This document shows positions 1-8,049 of a stretch of DNA of 64,000 nt, one piece after another. The stretch lies in the IMG/VR virus record IMGVR_UViG_3300047510_001751, positions 32,001-96,000 of that record; one strand, written 5' to 3'. How positions within the stretch are numbered: the first letter of the stretch is position 1; each line of letters starts with the position of its first letter. The position numbers and the translations under genes are program-made. A model generated the notes under the pieces. The model was not told the origin of the DNA. It did no database searches and was given only the letters and a program-made list of their open reading frames with translations. Source of the stretch: a virus.

Positions 1-1
1 T

Positions 2-202
2 ATCAACAAGTATCTGATTGAAGTTAAGCCAAAGAAGCAAGTCTTAGGTCCACCAGAAAAACCAAAAAAGAAAACAGCTGCTTGGAAAAGAGAGGTTCTT
101 ACATACATGAAGAACCGTGCCAAGTGGTCTGCTGCTGAAGACTTTTGTGAAGATAGGCAGATGAAATTTTTAATCCTCACCGAAGATCATCTAGGAGTAT
201 AA
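2..202 (+). CDS. gp4: Head completion nuclease gp4-like, C-terminal part (5' truncated by window)
   Basis: Frame 2 reads INKYLIEVKPKKQ...KNRAKWSAAEDFCEDRQMKFLILTEDHLGV*; IEVKP and KW.AA..F motifs of TnsA-like gp4; precedes gp2. Confidence 0.85.
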   Translation: MNKYLIEVKPKKQVLGPPEKPKKKTAAWKREVLTYMKNRAKWSAAEDFCEDRQMKFLILTEDHLGV

Positions 203-203
203 C

Positions 204-1067
204 ATGGCAGCCAAGAATAATTTAAAACCAAAACCATACGCCAAAAATAATATTGATCGATGGATATATCTTACTGGTCATGAATTAAATTCATTAGATG
301 ATTATACTAGAGATCAAATTCGTGCCCTCGCTTCTAAGTATGGAGTAAAACGTTACTCTTCATACAAAGATATGACAGAGTTAGCAAAGATTGTAAGTGA
401 AACTGAAGGATTTAAACAAGCAGGAAAGAAAGAAGGTTATAAAACTATCTACGAAAAGATCAAAGAAAAATCACAGGGAGAATCACAAAGTTTAATATGG
501 TATAGATCTAATCTTAAAACATTAAGTGCTAATATTCAAGCAGAACCTTCTCGAATGAATGAGCAAGAAAAGTTTGATTCAATTAGTGCTTTAGTCAATC
601 AAGATCAAAATGTAAATCGTCGTAGAGTATTTCCTGGACACTTGTGCTTTTTTGAATACAAAGCTGAGACAGAATCCCTTCCGTATTACGACAAATATCC
701 TCTTGTATACATTCTTAAAGTTGAAGGTTCGGCATTTTATGGTGCTAGCTTACATTACTTAATACCAAAGAAAAGATTAATTGTTGTCAATAAATTACAA
801 GATGGTAAAATAGATATCCCCCGTGTAATTATTCATAAATATCTTTATAAAAGGTGTAAAAGTTTATTCTTGGATTTAGCCAAACAAGAATGGGTTACTG
901 CTTCTGCTCTTCCTGTAGAAGATTTTGTGTTAATGAAAGGTGGTGGCAAGATTGAATATCCTAAAGAATATGTTTGGGAAGAAATTGATCAGCACTGGAA
1001 TGATAGAATCAAAGGCACAAGGATCATTAAAGGTACTAACAGGAACGACATAGAGAGGGTCAAATAA
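204..1067 (+). CDS. gp2: DNA end protector protein gp2
   Basis: FFEYKA...LPYYDKYPLV...FYGASLHYL motif of T4 gp2 family; synteny. Confidence 0.8.
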   Translation: MAAKNNLKPKPYAKNNIDRWIYLTGHELNSLDDYTRDQIRALASKYGVKRYSSYKDMTELAKIVSETEGFKQAGKKEGYKTIYEKIKEKSQGESQSLIWYRSNLKTLSANIQAEPSRMNEQEKFDSISALVNQDQNVNRRRVFPGHLCFFEYKAETESLPYYDKYPLVYILKVEGSAFYGASLHYLIPKKRLIVVNKLQDGKIDIPRVIIHKYLYKRCKSLFLDLAKQEWVTASALPVEDFVLMKGGGKIEYPKEYVWEEIDQHWNDRIKGTRIIKGTNRNDIERVK

Positions 1068-2177
1068 ATGAGCACAGCGTCTAGACAAAAAGCTAACATA
1101 GAAAATGCTAAAAAAAAGCAAGCAGCTGCTCCAGCAACTAACAGTGATGTAAAGCCAGGATCTACTACTACTGGGCGAGCTGGTGCGGCAGAAAAAACTC
1201 AAGAAGAAGATGCCCCGATCAATTTAGTTATATACACCCCCAAAGCCACAGCAGGAAGCACGACAACAGGAGTTCTTAGATACCCAGCAGATCCAGAAAT
1301 TACCGAAGACAGCGACTATGTAGTATTCAGCTTTTTTAAATATGCTCCTCCATTTGGTGGTGGCGAAAATACACCAAACTCGGCAGCAGCAAATTCGACA
1401 ACCAATACCCAACAAGCGAAATGGGGATACACAAATTACCAAAATTCAAACGATAGATCATATAACAACGAATCATACGCTCCAATAATTCTTTACATGC
1501 CAGAAGATATTCAATCTCAATTTGGAGCTGGTTGGAATGGAGCTGGATTTGGAGCTACAGCTGCTGGCATGATGGGGCTAGCTGGTATGGTAAACAATCA
1601 AAGAGATTTCACAGCAATGCTTCAAGGTCTTGGTGGAGCATTTCCTGGGGCAGTAAAAGCAGCTACATTTAATGCCTTGACTCAGGGAATAAATGCTGTA
1701 GCTGGAGCAAATATTTCATTGAATCAAGCACTAGGAACAATATCTGGTACAATTCTAAACCCTAATGTAGAGTTAGCATACGAAGCCCCAAAGCTAAGAA
1801 CATTTAATTTAAGATTTAAATTAGTTCCTCGAAGTAAAAAAGAGGCAGAACAAATAAAAAAAATATGTAATAGATTTAAAAAAGCTATGCTGCCCAGTTT
1901 TGGTGGACAAGCTATTTTTGGACAAGCAGAAGCATCTAACATGCTAACAATACCAGATCTATGCCAAGTTTCTTTTATGAAAGGTGGTAGCTTACATGAG
2001 TATCTACCCAAATATAAATTATGTGGTATTACTGATGTAAATATTAACTATACTGCTGCTGGAGCTTATGCTACGTTACCAGATGGATCTCCTGTAGCAA
2101 CTGAACTTTCATTATCATTCCTAGAATCTAAACTTGTATTCTCGGACGAAGTAAACGAAGACGGATCAGGTATCTAA
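1068..2177 (+). CDS. gp48: Baseplate tail-tube cap gp48
   Basis: IILYMPEDI, ILNPNVELAYEAPKLRTFNLRFKLVPRS..EA..I..I motifs. Confidence 0.85.
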   Translation: MSTASRQKANIENAKKKQAAAPATNSDVKPGSTTTGRAGAAEKTQEEDAPINLVIYTPKATAGSTTTGVLRYPADPEITEDSDYVVFSFFKYAPPFGGGENTPNSAAANSTTNTQQAKWGYTNYQNSNDRSYNNESYAPIILYMPEDIQSQFGAGWNGAGFGATAAGMMGLAGMVNNQRDFTAMLQGLGGAFPGAVKAATFNALTQGINAVAGANISLNQALGTISGTILNPNVELAYEAPKLRTFNLRFKLVPRSKKEAEQIKKICNRFKKAMLPSFGGQAIFGQAEASNMLTIPDLCQVSFMKGGSLHEYLPKYKLCGITDVNINYTAAGAYATLPDGSPVATELSLSFLESKLVFSDEVNEDGSGI

Positions 2178-2178
2178 A

Positions 2179-3513
2179 ATGTATTTTTCATTCATACCAA
2201 ACATAGAGTACGACAAAAAACCAATTCAGTATCCATTTTCTGAATCAGATTTTGTTGTAGCTAAAAATTTCTTTAGAAGATATCAAGTAAATCCAGATGT
2301 CTTTTCATACTCAGTTTACTTTAAAAAATATGCTATCCAAGATGGTGATAGATTAGATACTATTGCCGAAGCAGCATACGGTAATTCTTTTTATGATTGG
2401 GTAATTGCTTTAACTAACAATATGATAAATCCTTTGTTTGATTTACCATTATCAAGTGATGATCTAAGAAAATACTTAGAATCAAAATACGACGATCCAT
2501 ATTCAACAATCAAACATTATGAAGTAATTAGTAACCAAGAGCAAATTGAAGCTTTTGGAAAAGTTATTATTCAAGGTGGCACTATAGTTGACGAAACTTT
2601 TTATAATAGTTCTGAGAGATATATTGTTGGCACGTTACCACAGGTAGATCCAACCGTAGAAACTATTCCCATTAATAAAGTAATTGATACTAGAATAACT
2701 ACAAACATTCAAGAATTTAATGGCACTTATATCGCCCCAAACGGAACTGGAGTAGGAAGTAATGGTGGATTTGCTGTAGGTCCACATTTAAAATTTGGAA
2801 ATATTAAAGGTGGAGTAAGATGGGCTACATTAAAAGCTATTGATGCTACAAATTTCGAAAGTGTAGAAGGATTAGTTATACGAGGGAATGATACCAACGG
2901 AGGAGAAGTTCCTGATATCGCTGGGGAAGAAGAATTGAGGTTACAGTATCAGGTTGGTGGAACAGATCCCGACGAATGGATTACTATTGGAGTTATTGTT
3001 CCGACAACATCCGAAGGCAGCAATGCTGGAGACGAATTTAATTTGTACTCAATTAACTTACCAGAGGGAGCTAAACAAAACAATACATTTTTCAGATTAT
3101 ATCAAATTAGTAGTAGTGGTCCTAGCAATGATCATTACGGTATTCGTAGTATAGAATTTAAAGGATCATATGAAAAAATAACACCTCTTGATTACGAGGT
3201 AATTCCGTTAGATCAAAACTCTTATATAATTGATGGAGTATATTGGAAATACGATGGTCAAAATTGGACCAGAAAAATTTCAACAGGTGTCAAATATAAT
3301 ATCAATAATATTATAACAGAAATTCCTGGGCAACAATTATGCCAACCTGTATATATTTTTGAATACGAAGAACAACAAAATGAAAAGAAAAGAGAAATTT
3401 ATTTATTGAAACCATCTTACTTAGATGCTTTCTTAACTGACTTTAGAAAGACAAATTTATATGGTAAGTCAAGTGACTTTATTAACAATAGATTAAAACG
3501 AACTGGCATATAA
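2179..3513 (+). CDS. gp53: Baseplate wedge gp53 with large internal inserted domain
   Basis: MYFSFIPNIEY, Y.IQDGDRLDTIA..AYG...YDWVI.LTN; C-terminal YEYE...NEKKREIYLLKP. Confidence 0.85.
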   Translation: MYFSFIPNIEYDKKPIQYPFSESDFVVAKNFFRRYQVNPDVFSYSVYFKKYAIQDGDRLDTIAEAAYGNSFYDWVIALTNNMINPLFDLPLSSDDLRKYLESKYDDPYSTIKHYEVISNQEQIEAFGKVIIQGGTIVDETFYNSSERYIVGTLPQVDPTVETIPINKVIDTRITTNIQEFNGTYIAPNGTGVGSNGGFAVGPHLKFGNIKGGVRWATLKAIDATNFESVEGLVIRGNDTNGGEVPDIAGEEELRLQYQVGGTDPDEWITIGVIVPTTSEGSNAGDEFNLYSINLPEGAKQNNTFFRLYQISSSGPSNDHYGIRSIEFKGSYEKITPLDYEVIPLDQNSYIIDGVYWKYDGQNWTRKISTGVKYNINNIITEIPGQQLCQPVYIFEYEEQQNEKKREIYLLKPSYLDAFLTDFRKTNLYGKSSDFINNRLKRTGI

Positions 3514-3535
3514 AAAAGGGGGCTTACGCCCCCTT
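3512..3535 (-). terminator. Rho-independent terminator between convergent gp53 and gp32
   Basis: AAGGGGGC-GTAA-GCCCCCTT followed by T-run on minus strand. Confidence 0.8.
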
Positions 3536-3542
3536 AATTGTA

Positions 3543-4427
3543 TCAATCTTCTTCAGCCAAACGAGCGAAGTAACTCAGAGCATCATCATCTTCATCAGAT
3601 TTAAACGACGGAGTAGAAACAGGTTCACGCTCACGAGTCACGGTAGCGACAGGAGCAGGATCTTCATCTTCCTCATACTGAGCCTGACGAACTTCGGGAG
3701 CAGTATTCAGAACAGCACTCATACGAGTTTCGAGTTCTTCATAAGTCTTAAATTCACCAGCATTAGTGAAAGCTTCGAGAGAATACTCTTGCTTCCAAAT
3801 AGCTTCTAGCTCGTCATCATCGTTGCTAAGAACAGCAGGAGCAGCAAACTCAGAAGCATCATAGTTCCAGTAACCACCAATGGTACGGATCTTGATTTTG
3901 AAGTTAGCTCCTTCCCAAAGATCAAAGACATTTACAGGAGTCTCATCTTGAAACTCAGGTTGCATGGCAGCAAGAATCTTATCATGAATCTTCTTACCAT
4001 ACTTGAACAAGAACACCTTACCATTATTGTCTGGGTTCTTAGGATCGTTTACAACATAGATGTTGCTGTAGTAAGAAAGCTTACGCTTACGCTGACGAGC
4101 TACATCTTTATCAGATTCATGACCACTGTTCCACAGCTTAGTGTTGGTGGCACAGATGGGGCACTTATCACCATTGGTGGTGGGGCAGTTATCAATCAGC
4201 CAACCACCAGGACCTTTGAAGGCATGGTTGTAAACTTTAGCCCAAGGCACGCTCTCTCCTTCGGGAGCGGGCAGGAAACGGACAACGGCATAGCCGTTAC
4301 CCGAAGCGTCAAGTTCGGGCTTCCAGAGCCTATCGTCGGCACCATTGTTGGTGCTGGACTTTTCAAGCTCCTTCTGGAGAAACTCGAAACTGCTCTGGGA
4401 CTTACGCTTAAGATCAGCAAAAGACAT
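3543..4427 (-). CDS. gp32: Single-stranded DNA-binding protein gp32
   Basis: DDRLWKPELDASGNGYAVVRFLP, CPTTNGDKCPIC, acidic tail DALSYFARLAEED. Confidence 0.97.
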   Translation of the reverse strand: MSFADLKRKSQSSFEFLQKELEKSSTNNGADDRLWKPELDASGNGYAVVRFLPAPEGESVPWAKVYNHAFKGPGGWLIDNCPTTNGDKCPICATNTKLWNSGHESDKDVARQRKRKLSYYSNIYVVNDPKNPDNNGKVFLFKYGKKIHDKILAAMQPEFQDETPVNVFDLWEGANFKIKIRTIGGYWNYDASEFAAPAVLSNDDDELEAIWKQEYSLEAFTNAGEFKTYEELETRMSAVLNTAPEVRQAQYEEDEDPAPVATVTREREPVSTPSFKSDEDDDALSYFARLAEED

Positions 4428-4482
4428 ACGGATTTCCTTGGATAATTTGGATTTGGCTTGTGTGACGCTGAATCACCTAGAC

Positions 4483-4511
4483 ATCATAGCACAGGCTCAA
4501 GGGAGCGTCAA
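4483..4511 (-). promoter_or_regulatory. Sigma70-type promoter for gp32
   Basis: TTGACG-17 nt-TATGAT on minus strand. Confidence 0.7.
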
Positions 4512-4849
4512 TCCCCTTGAGCCTCTAGTTGGTCTTTCATGACACGGACTTTCTCAAGTAAGTCATCAAACATAGCCCCCATGGTCTTGCCAGGAGTAGC
4601 TCCAAGCATAACAGCAGCTTGCTTCATGCTTTCAGCCATCTCCATGGCTTCGGGATCATCGCTTAAACAAATTCTAGCATGAAAGATTTTTTGTTTTTCG
4701 ATCAGTTGTTCCATCACTTCAAAATATTGAAGTTTCTTTTCCTTGTTTAAAACAGCAAAAGCAACCATAGATCTCATACAGAACTGTTGAAGTTCTGCCA
4801 TTTCTTGAAGATCACCCCGAACCATTTCGGATTTAAAAAAGTTTCCCAT
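4508..4849 (-). CDS. Conserved cyanomyovirus protein (DUF1825-like)
   Basis: FFKSEMVRGDLQEM..LQ, KQKIFHARICLSDDPEA; position between gp33 and gp32. Confidence 0.7.
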   Translation of the reverse strand: MGNFFKSEMVRGDLQEMAELQQFCMRSMVAFAVLNKEKKLQYFEVMEQLIEKQKIFHARICLSDDPEAMEMAESMKQAAVMLGATPGKTMGAMFDDLLEKVRVMKDQLEAQGD

Positions 4850-4851
4850 AG

Positions 4852-5097
4852 TTATACAAGCATGAGTTTTGCTCGTGAAGTTTTCTTCATGAAGTTAAGC
4901 TTCTGAGCATCGTATTTAAGTTTTTCTTTTAGTGGCTTTGACATCAGTTTAGAAACTGATTCAATTTCAATCTCATTATGTTCACAGTAGTGAATGATAG
5001 CATCAATATAATTCATTGAATTGTCGTGAGCTATTTTTTCAACCTCCTGAGCAAACTTAGTAGGCGTCATAAAATTATTCTCTAATATTTCTTTCAT
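4852..5097 (-). CDS. gp33: Late transcription co-activator gp33
   Basis: F..EVEKIA....MNYIDAIIHYCEHNEIEIESVSKLMSKPLKEKLKYDAQKLNF. Confidence 0.93.
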   Translation of the reverse strand: MKEILENNFMTPTKFAQEVEKIAHDNSMNYIDAIIHYCEHNEIEIESVSKLMSKPLKEKLKYDAQKLNFMKKTSRAKLMLV

Positions 5098-5767
5098 ACC
5101 TCTGTTCGTATTCTTGAATGTATTGTTGTAATTTAATAAAATATTCTTTTTTGGGAGGCTGAATACTCACTTGTGTTTCGCCGTTTTCACAAGCAACAAT
5201 AGTAACTAACTGCTCTACCTTCAGATTATAAAGTTCCTGTAGCATACAAGCATATGCCACTTCTTGAACGTAATAATCGTAGAGATACTCTTCTTTCTTT
5301 TCTTCGGCTGAAGTTTTAAAGTCGATGATAGAAAGTTTACCGTTGTACTCAGCAATACAATCTACACGACCAGCAATTCCAAGAGTGTCAGAATAAAGGC
5401 CAGCCTCTTGTAAGTATATGTTATTTATATTATCAAGAATTTTACGTGAGGAATTGAACATAATCCAAACCAAAGGATATTCCTTATAAAGATCTACATT
5501 ATGTTCGTTGTTCAGGTAATTCTCTACCAGTTTATGATAACGATTACCACGAGTAGTGGAGCGAGAAGAGATTCGGTTTGCTTTATCCTCACCAACTCTC
5601 GCCCGCCACTTAGCAATGATTTCCTTTTTCTTTGGGTTGTTGCTAATCACAGTGGTAACTGATTTGTGCTTTTGTCCAGTGGGAGTATTGTAATACCTCC
5701 GACCTTCAATCATAACGGTGTTCATTTCAATAGGCTCAATCAGCCCAACATGATTAAAAACTTTCAT
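5075..5767 (-). CDS. PD-(D/E)XK exonuclease (exonuclease A / Cas4-like)
   Basis: SVTTVI, AGRVDCIAEY..LSIIDFKTS, YYVQEVAY. Confidence 0.85.
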   Translation of the reverse strand: MKVFNHVGLIEPIEMNTVMIEGRRYYNTPTGQKHKSVTTVISNNPKKKEIIAKWRARVGEDKANRISSRSTTRGNRYHKLVENYLNNEHNVDLYKEYPLVWIMFNSSRKILDNINNIYLQEAGLYSDTLGIAGRVDCIAEYNGKLSIIDFKTSAEEKKEEYLYDYYVQEVAYACMLQELYNLKVEQLVTIVACENGETQVSIQPPKKEYFIKLQQYIQEYEQRYERNIRE

Positions 5768-6520
5768 TTACATTCCCAAATTAATTTTAGCGATAAGATA
5801 AGACTTCACAAGACCAGAGCGAACGATGTCTTCAATACCAAATTCGATAAGTGAAAACTCATCCATGTTCTGAAGAATTCGTTGGAAATCAATGATACCA
5901 GTTCGTTCGTTAGTACGTTGTAGGTCCGACTGACTAGCATCACCACAGAACATAATCTTACTATCTTGACCGATACGAGTCATAATAGAATCAAGTTCGT
6001 GGAAGTTAAGGTTCTGACATTCATCAACAATTACAATTGAATTGTCGAGGGTAGAACCACGAAGGAAAGATGTACTCCAGAAACTGATTGTTTCTTGTTG
6101 TTTGAGGTTGTCGTACAACATGTCAAACGAAGGATCGTCTGGCAGCTCAAACATATACTTTACCATATTCTTGTATGGGATTTGGTAAAGCGATGACTTG
6201 TCTTCGTGTGTGCCAGGAAGGAAACCAATTTCTCTAGTAGCAACTAGAGAGCGAACGATGTAAATCTTTTCGTAAGGTGTTTTTTCATCTAGAACATCAC
6301 GAAGAGCAAGGTAGAGGGCAACGAATGTCTTACCCGTTCCAGCGGCACCATAGGCAAAGATGTTTTGACCAGTTCCATATTGTTCAAACATTTTAGTTTG
6401 ATTTTCTGTAAGAGGTTCAATGTCAAGAAGATAATCTGAATTGATTGGCTTCTTTCTTCTCATTTGCTTAGCACTCATACCATTAAGGTCTGGAGTATTT
6501 CTTTTTCTTGCTCTTGGCAT
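5768..6520 (-). CDS. phoH: PhoH family ATPase
   Basis: GAAGTGKT P-loop, SFLRGSTLD..IVIVDECQN, GDASQSDL, DIVRSGLV. Confidence 0.95.
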   Translation of the reverse strand: MPRARKRNTPDLNGMSAKQMRRKKPINSDYLLDIEPLTENQTKMFEQYGTGQNIFAYGAAGTGKTFVALYLALRDVLDEKTPYEKIYIVRSLVATREIGFLPGTHEDKSSLYQIPYKNMVKYMFELPDDPSFDMLYDNLKQQETISFWSTSFLRGSTLDNSIVIVDECQNLNFHELDSIMTRIGQDSKIMFCGDASQSDLQRTNERTGIIDFQRILQNMDEFSLIEFGIEDIVRSGLVKSYLIAKINLGM

Positions 6521-6540
6521 AGTTGTTTATAGTGATTAAT

Positions 6541-6783
6541 TTACCATTGAACACGAGAACCAGGGGCTTTTGCCACTTTGTTCTTCATAATATCAGCCCA
6601 ACCTGGATGAGTTTTATTCATCTTGTCTTTCCAATCTCCGACTTCACCAACGCCAGCTACACCAGCGGACCAATCCTTATCCCATTGGGGATTATCTTTT
6701 CTCCACTGATCATACTCCACCATTGACATGTAGAGTTCTTGTTTCTCTCCAGTTTCTTTATGAATTACAGGGTATGTTGGCAT
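6541..6783 (-). CDS. Conserved small cyanophage protein
   Basis: MPTYPVIHKETGE...; usual neighbour of thyX and phoH; start moved to the second Met. Confidence 0.7.
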   Translation of the reverse strand: MPTYPVIHKETGEKQELYMSMVEYDQWRKDNPQWDKDWSAGVAGVGEVGDWKDKMNKTHPGWADIMKNKVAKAPGSRVQW

Positions 6784-7475
6784 CAGTTCCACTCCAAAGC
6801 TTGGGCAACAGTCGGGAATTGTGTAGAGAAAATTTCTTTACACATCTCAGCAATTTCCATGTGCTCTTTTTGAGTACCATTTGCTGAGCGTAATTCTATA
6901 TAGTGTACCCATGACCGTACAGATCCAGTCATATAAATTCTGGTTGGTACTGCCAAAGGCAATACAAACCTCGAACATTCCTTAGCAACTCCAGCGCCAA
7001 GCATATCATCATACAATTCTTGTGCTTCAGCAAACAGCATTTTCATTCGTCGCTGGAAAGCAATCACAAGTTCAGGATCAAGATCATCAATAGAATTCTG
7101 ACGATTCTTAGTATCCTGACGACGAAGTTCGGGCAAAGGAATTTCTTCGGTCAGAAGATTAGTGTCAGCGTAACGTTGTGAAAATTCTTGATATGTAAAT
7201 GAACGGTGCCGCAAAATTTGAGCCGCCAGTCCACGAGTAGTATTGATTTCTAGGGTCATGTGTGCCTGTTCAAAGACACTCCAATGTCCATGCTGAATAC
7301 AATATTTAAGCAGCCCCGAGATCTTCGGGTTGTCCTGGTTGTTCGGGTTGCTCACTCTCGCTACATACGCCATCATCTCCTCTGCTTTCGGTGTCACTGT
7401 CACCAGCTTCACTGATTGGTTGTTCAAAGATCGTTGGATCGACGGTGTATCCAAATCCACGGGTTGCTCGCTCAT
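6783..7475 (-). CDS. thyX: FAD-dependent thymidylate synthase
   Basis: HWSVFEQA, QILRHRSFTYQEFSQRY ThyX motif; start placed at MSEQP. Confidence 0.96.
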   Translation of the reverse strand: MSEQPVDLDTPSIQRSLNNQSVKLVTVTPKAEEMMAYVARVSNPNNQDNPKISGLLKYCIQHGHWSVFEQAHMTLEINTTRGLAAQILRHRSFTYQEFSQRYADTNLLTEEIPLPELRRQDTKNRQNSIDDLDPELVIAFQRRMKMLFAEAQELYDDMLGAGVAKECSRFVLPLAVPTRIYMTGSVRSWVHYIELRSANGTQKEHMEIAEMCKEIFSTQFPTVAQALEWN

Positions 7476-7608
7476 AGTCTGTAAGATTTTTCCGAAGTTT
7501 TTTAATTTGATGCCGACGCTTAAGAATCTCGACATATTGATCTGTACTATATTTTGGGTCTCCTAATGCCTGGGTAAGCATTTTGGTAGCCCGCTTTAAT
7601 GAAGTCAT
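7306..7608 (-). CDS. Hypothetical protein upstream of thyX (3' end overlaps thyX)
   Basis: Follows promoter at 7632-7660; helical N-terminal half ending in RGFG. Confidence 0.55.
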   Translation of the reverse strand: MTSLKRATKMLTQALGDPKYSTDQYVEILKRRHQIKKLRKNLTDYERATRGFGYTVDPTIFEQPISEAGDSDTESRGDDGVCSESEQPEQPGQPEDLGAA

Positions 7609-7631
7609 AAAATCAAAGCAGATTTGTTCGT

Positions 7632-7666
7632 ATCATAACACAAAAAAAGGGGGCTGTCAAGCCCCC
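7632..7666 (-). promoter_or_regulatory. Fused terminator/promoter
   Basis: GGGGGC-TTGACA-GCCCCC-T7 hairpin whose loop is a -35 box; TATGAT 17 nt later. Confidence 0.75.
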
Positions 7667-7673
7667 GTCTGAT

Positions 7674-7757
7674 TTATTTCATCGCCATTACCATCTGAGC
7701 TTGGTGTAGACGATTTTGTTTTTGAATTTGTTTACGAATAACATTCAACCAATTCAT
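7674..7757 (-). CDS. 27-aa micro-protein MNWLNVIRKQIQKQNRLHQAQMVMAMK
   Basis: ATGA-coupled to the upstream ORF, GGAGG just upstream, ends before terminator; not in ORF track. Confidence 0.7.
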   Translation of the reverse strand: MNWLNVIRKQIQKQNRLHQAQMVMAMK

Positions 7758-7912
7758 TTTGCTACCTCCTGATTGTGGCAAGGACGATAGGCAACACCAC
7801 GATAAGTGTTTGCTGGATGTGCTGGGGCATGTGTTTCGGAATACCACTTTTGATATTCTTGCTTTGGGGTTTCAGTGTTGTACTTACATCCACGATAAGT
7901 TGCTTGTGACAT
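7754..7912 (-). CDS. 52-aa DUF4278-like micro-protein (IF17/GifB-related)
   Basis: MSQATYRGCKY...NTYRGVAY, two TYRG.xY motifs; AAGGAG RBS; not in ORF track. Confidence 0.8.
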   Translation of the reverse strand: MSQATYRGCKYNTETPKQEYQKWYSETHAPAHPANTYRGVAYRPCHNQEVAK

Positions 7913-7944
7913 TAGGTTTTCTCCTTAGGGTTTTAAGTTAAAGA

Positions 7945-8043
7945 GCGTTCCTTCAGTCGGCTTTTGCGTTCGCTATTTCCAAATAGCGAATGAACGATCC
8001 GTTCCGAGTCGGCTTACTTCCGTCGCCAATGGCGATGAACGAT
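7945..8043 (-). ncRNA. glnA RNA motif: Tandem glnA-type glutamine riboswitch
   Basis: Two units AUCGUUCA-hairpin-(GGAAGUAAG / CGCAAAAG)-CCGACU-..-GGAACG; GGAAGUAAG and CUGAAG.AACG are recalled glnA aptamer hallmarks. Confidence 0.8.
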
Positions 8044-8049
8044 AGGAGT

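Noticed and set aside
5075-5767. Cas4 as part of a CRISPR system
   Set aside because: Core T4-like exonuclease in its usual phoH-gp33 context, with no other cas genes.
7759-7941. Plus-strand 60-aa ORF
   Set aside because: Antisense shadow of the DUF4278 gene, which has an RBS, a motif and a riboswitch.
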